A DNA stretch of 45,471 nt, from NCBI RefSeq assembly GCF_001194135.2, contig NC_068990.1, positions 60,554,914-60,600,384 of the forward strand, written 5' to 3'. The notes under the pieces are model-generated. The model did no database searches and was not told where the DNA came from. It worked only from the letters and a program-made list of their open reading frames with translations. The translations under genes and the position numbers were made by a program. The first letter of the stretch is position 1; the number at the start of each line of letters is the position of its first letter. Positions 35,875 to 45,471 of the stretch are shown piece by piece. The DNA comes from Octopus bimaculoides. Lineage: Eukaryota.

Positions 35875-36275
35875 TAGTGGCTGTGTGGTAAGAAGCTTGC
35901 TTCCCAACCACATGGCTCCAGGTTCAGTTCCACTGTGTGGCACCTTGAGCAAATATCTTCTATTATAGCCTTTGGCTGACCAAAGCCTTGTGAGTGGATT
36001 TGGTAGACGGAAACTGAAAGAAGCCCATCATATGTATGTATGTATGTTTATATGCATATATATATATATATATGTATGTATGTATGTATTTGTGTGCCTG
36101 TTTGTCCCCCCCACCATCACTTGACAACCAATATTGGTGTGTTTATGTCCCCGTAACTTAGCAGTTTGACAAAAGAAACCGATTGAATAAGTACTAGGCT
36201 TACAAAGAATAAGTCATGGGGTTGATTTGCATGGCTGTAGTCAAATGACTGAAACAAATTAAAGAATAAAAACTG
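35875..36275 (+). mobile_element. SINE family B, full length
   Basis: Complete head, body and tail. Confidence 0.93.
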
Positions 36276-36795
36276 AATGGGGGCATGTTGTGTGATCGAA
36301 ATTTGATCTTTTGGCAAGTACAATGACAACTTCAAATATGTTTCAGTCTTATTAAATCTCATCTGTGAAGTATAATCCTACCAGTACTAACCAAATCATA
36401 GATGACTGAGATGCTATATGGATATGGAGTGAAAAAAGTCATTAAGTAATTAAGCAATTTAAATAATGACTTGGAAACTTTTTCCAGAAATAACTTTCAT
36501 CTGAAGAATGCATCATTAAGAGGGGGCAATCATACTTAATTACTTACGTAAAACACTTCTCTTTCTTTAATTTAAATTAGACCTGTACAGAAGAGAAAAA
36601 TTATTGTCAACAAATATAAGGGAAACAACTCAGAAACCCAGGCTGGCAAATGCTGTGACAATTCCAAGCATATTATTAAGAGTTCCTTTTCAATAAGTCT
36701 TGATAATGATTACATAACCTGTTACAGCATTGTTCAAAAGAAAATTTAGTGCCTCCTAAACTATTTCAGAACAGAGATAAATACATATTGTCATT

Positions 36796-37245
36796 GCTGG
36801 TGACACATAAAAAGCACTATCTGAACGTGGTCAACGCCAGTGCCTCCTGACTGGCTCCCGTGCCAGTGGCACATAAAAAGCACCATCTGAACATGGTTTG
36901 TGCCAGTGCCCTCTGACTGGCTCCTGTGCTGGTGGCACATAAAAAGTACCATCCAAACGTGGTCGAAGCCAGTGTCCCTTGACTGGCTCCCATGCCAGTG
37001 GCACATAAAATGCACCATCCAAACATGGTCGATGCCAGTGCCCCGACTGGCTTCCATGCCAGTGACACGTAAAAGGCACTCACTACACCCTCAGAGTGGT
37101 TAGAAAGGGCATCCAGCTGTAGAAACATTGCCATATCAGATTGAAGCCTGGTGCAGCCCACTGGCTTGCCAGTCTTCAGTTAAACTGTCCAATCCATGCC
37201 AGTATGGAAAGCAGACGTTAAACAATGATGATGATAATGATGATG
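36796..37245 (+). mobile_element. RTE-tailed non-autonomous retroposon with a 66-bp tandem array
   Basis: Units start at 36796, 36862, 36928, 36994 and 37058, then gaaagggcatccagctgtagaaac ... ccatgccagtatggaaagcagacgttaaac(GAT)n. Confidence 0.92.
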
Positions 37246-37614
37246 TACAAAGCCATTCATTTTAGGGAAGTATACAGTCAAATCTATAGACCTCTCCACC
37301 ACCACCCAAGAACTTGAATGATGCCTCTTTTATTTGTCTTGGAAAAGTGAAAATGGTGCTTAATCTCAGTGACATTTGAATGTAGAATATATGTATGATA
37401 TTTTGTCCATTCAACTGGATCTGATGGCTGGCTACTTTAAATAAAATTTAAATTATGAAGCACTTAATCAAGCACCTGTCTTGGTCATCAGAACTACCTT
37501 AATTATATTGTTTCTCTTGGATTGTGTAGAGGAAAAAAGATCAATCCTGTATTGACTTGTTCTTTGAAGGTTAAATCAGAAAACAAAAGTCAAGCTGATA
37601 CCAGGAAAAACACA

Positions 37615-37788
37615 AAGTTATCTTCAATGGAATTTGGGATCAAGACAGATAAAATGATTTCAATAGAGTTTGATGACGTGATAGACAATGATCTTCAATG
37701 AAATTTGACTTCAAGACAATCAAATTTATCTTCAATAGAACTTGGTATCAAGATAGACAACATGATCTTCAATGGAGACTGAACTCAG
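37615..37788. repeat. ~37-bp minisatellite, 4 full units plus 1 partial
   Basis: tcttcaat recurs at 37621, ~37658, 37692, 37729 and 37766. Confidence 0.85.
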
Positions 37789-37839
37789 TGTGGTGGTGTA
37801 TTGCAGTACAAACAACAAAGCATTTAGTCTACCTGTAAT

Positions 37840-38062
37840 ATTGGTTTCAAATTTTGGCTGGACAGGGACAGGTGAGTAAATCAATTACACCAACTACAGT
37901 GTTCAACTGGTACTTATTTTTTTGACCTCAAAAGGATGAAAAGTTAAAAAAAAAAAAAAAAAAGTCGACCTCGTTGGTATTTGAACTCTGAACAATAAGT
38001 CAGAAGAGATGCTGCTAAGCACTTTTGCCAATACGGTAACAATTCTGACAGTTTGCTGCCTT
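37840..38062 (-). mobile_element. SINE family A with an internal poly-A expansion
   Basis: Reverse complement of family A. Confidence 0.88.
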
Positions 38063-38292
38063 AAATCTATAACGTAATAGTAGCTTCCTCCAGTGGCCAA
38101 ATTACATAAGGTTTTTACTTTGGTACAAAGTCAAGAAATTATATTTGGTGGAAATTACATATGACATTCATGTCTTTCTCAAAGATGTTAATGGAATAAA
38201 TGAAGTGGATTAACTTTAACTGTGAATCAAAATTAAATCCAAACCTTAGTTTGCTAGGAATTTGCCATGGTTCTTCAGTTCTCATTATATAG

Positions 38293-38320
38293 ATCTTTAT
38301 GATATTGGTCTCCTACACAG
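38293..38320 (+). CDS. Candidate 28-nt micro-exon (DLYDIGLLH)
   Basis: Acceptor ttctcattatatag, donor CAG|gtaaat. Phase-compatible. Confidence 0.25.
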
Positions 38321-39450
38321 GTAAATTTTTGAAAGGAGGTGTAGTTATCTGAATCAATTTCAGAATATATTACTAATATCTGTTCTTCTGGACCTAGAAC
38401 ACTGCAAAGTAAAGCTATTCTGACAAGATTTGATATCAAGACAGAGAAATAAACCTAATATACTCGGTAAGGTGTTTAGTTTGACAATGTACTGACAATT
38501 TACAACCTAAAACCTCTATTTTATATTAAACTAGCAAATTTTATGAAAATGGACCAATTAGTTTAGTAAAACAGAGAGGTGGCAAGTAAAAAAATAATAT
38601 GTAATATTCTTTACATTTCTGTCTGCTAGAAAATAATAAAAATTTTAAAGTTATCAAAATCTAACAAAATCTGATGTTTTGTTTTCAAACAAAAAGACAA
38701 AAAAAAAAAAGAAAAAGAAAAAAAAGAAGGAAAGAAATTCAGAAAACTTTAAAAGTTTTGATGCCTAAAAACACATAATAAATATGTGAATATAAAATAT
38801 CAGAAACTTGGTAAATTTTCAAAATGTGTTATTAATGATGAGATAGTTCTTACGTTTCTTAAAATGTAAACCTGCCAGTTGAAATATCCTATATAGAAAG
38901 AGAGAACTATAAATATTTTATAGTTGTCAAAAGTATTTACTAGAAGAAATAGTATTTTCAAATATACCTAAAATTTTGTTTTAGGTGTCTTCATATATTT
39001 TCAAAATAAACATTCAATCGTAATTATATCATTTGTAGCATAAAGCCATTGTTGATTTACAAAAGGTAAATCGACAATGACTGTATGCCACAGTGTTGTT
39101 GCTGTTGTTGTCATGAATATGAAGGATTAAAGAAAGTTCAAATTTTGTCAGAATATAGTTTAGCAAAAGAATATTGTAAAGTTTAAAAAATAAAAATCTT
39201 CATTATTAGGTTAATAAGTTTTCTGTTGTGAATTTTATAAACATTTTATTCCAAGCTATGATTTCTTAATGAAGCATAAAACTTGAAAGCTGTGGAAAAT
39301 AAAGAAAAGGAGTTTGTATCTCTCAAGTTCTTTTTTGTTTCTTTCTTTTTATATACGTATATATTTTAACTAAAACATTGACATAAGTAGATGAAATTGT
39401 ATCAGTCTAAAACATTTAACACTAGACTGACAATCTCATGCACTGTGAAA

Positions 39451-39974
39451 TTAACCCTTTAGCATTTAAATTAGTCTTTTAGGACTCCCTTTGGTCATGA
39501 ATGACCATGGGTTTGCACCTAGACAGTTATGCTCTGAGGCACAAATCCAGACAAGGTTGTTTTGTGAAAGGCTAACAGTTGCCCATGCATACCATCCTTT
39601 CCTCTCCACGTCACTGATATTATCCAAGGGAAAGGCAAACAGCTTGGCACCAGTGGCATCACAACTCATTTCTACAGCCAAGTGAACTGGAGTAATATGA
39701 AATAAAGAACACAACACACAGCCCGGAATCAAACTCACTACCTCATGATTGTGAGCCTGACGCTCTAACCACTGAGCCCACCAAAATATTCTGCTTGCTT
39801 TATGTTCAAACTGGCCAGATGTGGCCTCTCACACTAAGCCTAGAATATCATTCTAAAAATTAACAGTTGCCTCATCAAAATCTCAAAGCTACAACATAAT
39901 GCATGATTAAAACAAAACAATGTAAATAAATAAGCATTACTTTTGACAGAATAATGTGAATGCAAAAGGGTTAA
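39451..39974. mobile_element. TTAA MITE family 1 with a nested SINE family C (minus strand, ~39481-39780)
   Basis: TTAA|CCCTTTAGCATT ... AATGCAAAAGGG|TTAA. The MITE interior resumes at ~39782 after the SINE. Confidence 0.9.
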
Positions 39975-40605
39975 ACTCTCTTGCGAGAAATTTTAAGACC
40001 AAAGTCATGTTTTATTTCTTGATTTCAATTTTAACTTTGATTTTCTATGTCAAATTTGACTTACTAGAAAATCCTTTCAACTATTTCCACAAATTCTTTT
40101 ATAGTCACTTAACACAACTAAGGTTGCATTGAAATGAATTCAATTAAATATCTTCAGCTAGTACTCAATGTAGCAGCTCCAGCAGAATACATTATAATTT
40201 TGGAATAAGGGACCTGGAACTGCTGTTTCTGTAAGACTGTTGTATTTCTCAACATGAGTAATCAACTGAATCAGTACAGATGGCTACAACAGAAAAATGT
40301 ATATTGTTTATTGTATTCAAACCTAAGCAAAGCAATGTTTGCTTGGAATCTTAAGGCTCCAAGCAGTTGCTATTGTTTTGCTCTAGGCCAACCCTAACGG
40401 AGAAACCTTATTGTCACTGACATTTCATATGTGACCATTCTGTTGTGGTAGGCTACAGGACTACATTATATAATTTAGTCTTCCCTACTCCTATTAAGAT
40501 AGTAGGATGTAATTTTAATCCATTAAACTCAAAATTAAATTTCAGGGTTATTCCAGTAACAATGTTAAGTATCTACCAAAAATTACAGTTTGCTATTTTC
40601 TGCAG

Positions 40606-40687
40606 GTCATGTTGTCACAATAAACCTAAACTATCTAAACAGAAAATAGTTCAAAACATTGACATTCCACAACAAAAAATAGATTAG
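40606..40687 (+). CDS. Candidate terminal coding exon (RSCCHNKPKLSKQKIVQNIDIPQQKID*)
   Basis: Acceptor ttgctattttctgcag. Phase-compatible with 38293-38320. Confidence 0.22.
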
Positions 40688-40819
40688 AATATAAAACCAC
40701 AGTTAAAGGAATGAAATTTTGAGTGTATATATCTGATTTCCACAGGAAAAAGATTAAGAAGGTTTAGCAGTTACTTGAGAGACAAAATAAGTACCATTAA
40801 CATAGAAGCAACAATCTAA

Positions 40820-41033
40820 AGTAGTGAGCTGGCAGAATTGTTAGCATGCTGGGCAAAATGCTTAGTGGCATTTCATCTATCTTTATGATCTGAGTTCAAA
40901 TGCTGTGAAGGTCGATTTTTGCCTTCCATCCTTTTGGAGTTGACAAAGTAATACCAGTTGAGTACTGGGGTTGATGTAATCGACTTAGCCCCTTACCCCA
41001 AACTTCTGGCCTTGTGCTAAAATTTGAAAGCAA
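40820..41033 (+). mobile_element. SINE family A, full length
   Basis: Head, B-box, central domain and tail. Confidence 0.92.
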
Positions 41034-41119
41034 TATATTTGAGACAATTTAGATAGCAGTGATCTTCATCTGCAAATGAAAATAAAAATGGATTAGTGAG
41101 CAAGGAAGAATTGAAGAGC

Positions 41120-41370
41120 CTTAATATTTAATGCCTGTTTTCTATGCTGGCATGAGTTAGATGGTTTGACTGGAACTGGTAAGCTGGAGAGCTACACCAG
41201 GCTCCAGTTTTCTGTTTTGGCATGGTTTTTATGGCTGGACGCCTTTCCTGTCACCAACCACTTTACAGTGTGTACTTGGTGCTTTTTACATGCCACTGGC
41301 ACGGGGGGATTTTAAGTGACACCAGCACAGGAGCTTTTTACACAGTACCATCACAGGCACATTTTATGTG
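41120..41370 (-). mobile_element. RTE-tailed non-autonomous retroposon, decayed
   Basis: ttttctatgctggcatgag...ctggacgcctttcctgtcaccaacc...tttttacatgccactggc. Confidence 0.8.
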
Positions 41371-42204
41371 GCTCCAGTATCTAGGTTAAATTTGAAGACT
41401 AACGATTTTGAGAGCAGTGATATAAAAATCTAGAAGTATTGTTTATTATTTTCATGCCTTTCCCAAGGTTATTTATGAAATAATAAAAGCACCATAGCAC
41501 CAACTAGGATTGAAAATAGATTGCAAATTCAGTTTATTTACTGCCTGACTACAACATTCGACCTCAATATTAGTACATTATCGAATCATAAGTAAATAAT
41601 TTAATAGCATTCAACAGGACACTTGAAAATTTCATATTTTACAAATTCTTTTCTATCTATGTCGATGCATTACTGTTTCACTATGTTAAATATTTTGATT
41701 ATGGCCCTGACATTGTTTCATAGTTAACGTTGTTAAAAGTGTAACATGCCAGTTTGTTTCATTTTATGAAAGACTTTGGATTACATTTTTGATTTTGTTC
41801 AATAATCAGGGTTGTAATGATTTGATATTCAGACTTGATCCAATATGCTGAAGATTTTGATTTGGCACAAGCATGTCTGTGTGGGAAAGAAGCTCACTTT
41901 GCACCACATTGTTTCGGATTCAGTCCCACTGCACCTTAGGCAATTATGGTCTTCTTGTATTGCCGGACAATATTAAACAATATATGGACTTCTTTCAAGT
42001 TCTATCCACCAAATCCACTCACAAGGTGTAATGAGATATTAAATAATTTAACTCAAATATCCATCAGTGGTCAAGTCAAGTCAACTTAAGAAAGACATCA
42101 TTAATACCTTCAAAATGAACGTCACAACTTTTCGTTTTTAAAACACCTCTCCCACCCCAAATTTTAGGATTGTTTTTCCTATTGGAAATAAAAAGTTTAA
42201 AATA

Positions 42205-42405
42205 ATAATCCTTTCTACTATTGGCACAAGGCCTGAAACTTGGGGGAGGGGGCTAGTCGATTACATCTACTCCGGTGCTTTACTGCTATTTATTTTATCG
42301 ACCTCGAAAAGATGAAAGGCCAACTTGACCTCAGCGGAATTTGAACTCAGAACTTTAAGACGGACGAAATGTCGCTAAGCATTTTGTCTGACTTAACGAT
42401 TTTGC
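42205..42405 (-). mobile_element. SINE family A retaining many CpGs
   Basis: Reverse complement of family A. Confidence 0.9.
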
Positions 42406-42509
42406 TTCAATGTCTAAAAGTAATTATGAAAAAGGATTAGCAGTGATGATCAGACGCATACAGATAGATGTATTCACACACGCACACACATGCATATACA
42501 AAACAAATA

Positions 42510-42695
42510 GGTACTACTAAAGCAGAGTGGTCCCAAACGCGCAAGCTAGTGGTGCGTGGTCGATCCTACAAAAGTGCGTGTGCGAAAATGAATACATGTG
42601 TTTAGGGATAGGGTTAGGGTTAGGATCGACCACTCACGACTAGCTAGCGCGGACGCGCGACTGCGCGTTTGGGACCACTCTGCTTTAGTAGTACC
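42510..42695. mobile_element. MITE with perfect 34-bp terminal inverted repeats and a TTAGGG-like core
   Basis: 42510-42543 is the exact reverse complement of 42662-42695. Inner IR 42544-42568/42621-42645 (23/25). Confidence 0.93.
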
Positions 42696-44274
42696 AAACA
42701 AATACCTGTCTACATATACGCAATTGATTATACACTCTCACACATGTATTTACAGACATGCATATGTGCATTCTGATGCGTAGACAAAACATACAAAAGA
42801 TTCATATTTACACACACTTACACATTAATTAATCCATTCTGTCCATATACACACAAATACATATTTTAAAGAAAGACATTCTAACACAGAAGCATGCAAG
42901 TCAAAAGTTCCTAATTGTTGCCATACACACATTCAGACACATATGTACATAAATACACTTACACAAACTTATGCGCTTTAAACAAATACAGGCTAAAACA
43001 AAAACACGTGCCTGCATATAAACAGCCCCCTGCACACACATTCACATAAACAAACATATACACATAGGCACACGAAGTTCATAGCTTCAGGTATACATAG
43101 ATACTATATTTCGCCTTTGTACTCACGTATACCCACAAATATACTTACGTTCACATTAAAATACGCACCCAAGCAAACGTCAGCTAATACACACACACAC
43201 ACAGTACATATATACACTCACACAGGAAGTTATATGCTAATACATACATATACCAATTGTTATTTCATTCTTACTTTAATTTCGTTATTAATTAGGATTC
43301 AGGTAAACATGAGTCAGCACATCTGGTTTTGTTAAATCATTCATAGATATAAGCGCCCGCACACGCACGCAAACACGGATTTAAAAGAATATATACACAC
43401 AGATGTACTCATACGCTTACATTCACAGGCATATATACACACACAGGTACACGTTTACACACAGTCGTATGTATGTATGGGCGCGTGCGTGTTTAAACTG
43501 AACATTTGAAATGTGTGAAGTTTTAGAGATGGAAAGAAAACTAGACGAGAAGAAACAGCTGGTGTGTGTGTTGTGTTTCAAACCTAAATGACCAATAAAT
43601 ATGGCAGGAATAATTCTGAATAATTCTACAATTAATTTAGAAATGCAGCAGCAGATCAAAGAAAAGTCGTTATTAAATTTGTTAAATCAGGTATGAAGGA
43701 TTAACTGGAAGAAAATGTCAATAAATAAATATCAACATATAATCAGAAATTAGTCTGTGTGTGCACGTATGTAATATGTATATTTAGATATTTTTGTGTG
43801 ATTATGTAAATATGTATGTAATCATCAATATGTATTCGTATAATGAAGAATACATATTTATTCATAGACACAAGTATGCGTATGTGACTAAAAGTACTTG
43901 GTCCCTAGTTTAAAATATTTAATTTAGTTTCTCTAATGCTTTTAGGAAATGTATGAACACCACTACTGATTACGTCTCTCCACTCATAAGCATTGTTAAA
44001 GAGGGAATAAAGACGACACTATTATATGTGTATATTATGACTTTGTTACTAGAGTTGGGTAGCAAACTCAAGGACCGTTTCGAGCGGCACAGACCCTAAC
44101 ACTACTGCTCTCACATCACTAAATCTGTGGTTCAAGCCAATATAAGAAATTACACAAGATAAACACACAAAATGACGGATTAACATAAATTAAAAGAAAT
44201 CCCAAAACATATAGGGCCGGGTGCATGTACTAGCAACTCCCATCCTTATGCGCTTGATATCTTCAAACTCAAAT

Positions 44275-44655
44275 TGGGGCTGTGTCGTTAGAAGTTTGCT
44301 TCCCAACCATAGTTCAGGGTTCAGTTTCACTGCATGACACCTTGGACAAACGTCTTCTGCCATAGTCCCAGGCCAACCAAAACGTCGTGCATGGTAGACA
44401 GAAATTGAAAGAAGAACATCGTGCGTGTATGTGTATATGTTTACATATACGTGTGTGTGTTACTCACTAACACTTGACAATCGGTATTGGTCTGTTTACG
44501 TCCCTGTAACTTAAGCGGTTCAACATCAGAGACGGGTAGAATAAATACTAGGCTCAAAACATAAGGATTAGGGTTGATTCGTTCGACCGAAACTCTTCAA
44601 GGTTGTGTCCAGCATGGCCGAAGCTCAATGACTTAAACAAGTAAATCAGAAAATA
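44275..44655 (+). mobile_element. SINE family B, diverged but CpG-retaining
   Basis: Complete head, body and tail recognisable. Confidence 0.88.
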
Positions 44656-45471
44656 ATATAAGTATGATGAAATAAAAGCTAAATACAAAACATTCGTTGC
44701 GTAGGATAAAGCTTATTTTTAAAATGTTATATTGGTGATACTAACTGATGTTATCTCTTGACTGAACTAGATATTTCAAAAGAATTATTTTCTGGAAATG
44801 GAAAGATTTTGATAGAAGCCGTTAAAGTGATCAACAGTCGTAATAAGCTATGGGATGTCATGCCAAATCTGTGGGTTGCATTATGAATAATGCTCACGGT
44901 ATATCTATAACTTATAGCCACGGGAGAGAGAAGATTTAGTAAACTAAAGCTTATGAAAACATATTAATTACGATCGTCCGTGACACAAGACGGATGAATT
45001 TCTTTTCAAATTTGTCAACAGAAAACGATATTGCGAAAAAGATAGATATAAGACCAAGAAAAATGTTTTTGTTAGGATTATGTTTTTCAGTATCGTTTTT
45101 TTTTTCTTTTATCTATATATTTTTATTTATTATATCGTTTACCATTTTTGTTTCAGTCTATAGGAAAGTGGGTTATACATCATTAGATGTATACCTGACT
45201 TTCCTATATAAAATCAAAGAATATAACGGAACGCTGAACTCCAGACTATCAACTTAAACAACACTTTATTTAGGTGGTAAATATATACATCTTTAGTTCT
45301 TGTTGTTACAGCTTCTATTGTGTATGAGCATAGTTGTTGGGACGTTGTTCTGTAGTTGTGAGCGAGCTGTCGAGTGTAAGTCCGAAAGATGTAGAGAGAG
45401 ACAGCTTAAATACGTCCATGCTCAATCGCTGGCCAGCGAGAAAGAGAATGAATTGAGCAGGAAACGCTTGG

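Noticed and set aside
36796-37788. CRISPR-like reading of the 66-bp and 37-bp arrays
   Set aside because: Whole units repeat with no unique spacers, the context is eukaryotic and there are no cas genes.

Overview
AT-rich, repeat-dominated eukaryotic genomic DNA with four assembly gaps. The SINE families, RTE tails and microsatellite load strongly suggest an octopus (coleoid cephalopod) scaffold; this is inferred from memory of these repeats, not from a search. No intact, recognisable host gene, rRNA, tRNA gene or CRISPR array is present. Most ORF-track entries are artefacts of microsatellites, N-gaps or decayed transposons. Recognisable coding remnants: an RTE LINE (1.3-2.4 kb, 23.6-23.9 kb), an RLE-type R4/Dong-like LINE (4.2-5.3 kb, 22.3-22.5 kb), three Helitron RepHel fragments, a Tc1/mariner transposase C-terminus and two Penelope-like elements (PLEs; 9.1-10.6 kb and 18.2-19.5 kb). 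There are also about 25 tRNA-headed SINE copies of three families, TTAA (piggyBac-type) MITEs and several fold-back elements. Most notable: (i) a type I hammerhead-ribozyme motif with every catalytic core nucleotide just 3' of the first PLE, plus a degenerate homologue about 2.3 kb upstream; (ii) an S/T/N-rich in-frame expansion at the same position inside the GIY-YIG endonuclease in both PLE copies; (iii) three unrelated long fold-backs with a (TA)n run on one side only; (iv) a near-palindromic MITE with a TTAGGG core; (v) a tentative plus-strand host gene built from short exons, with CpG retention rising just beyond its predicted end.
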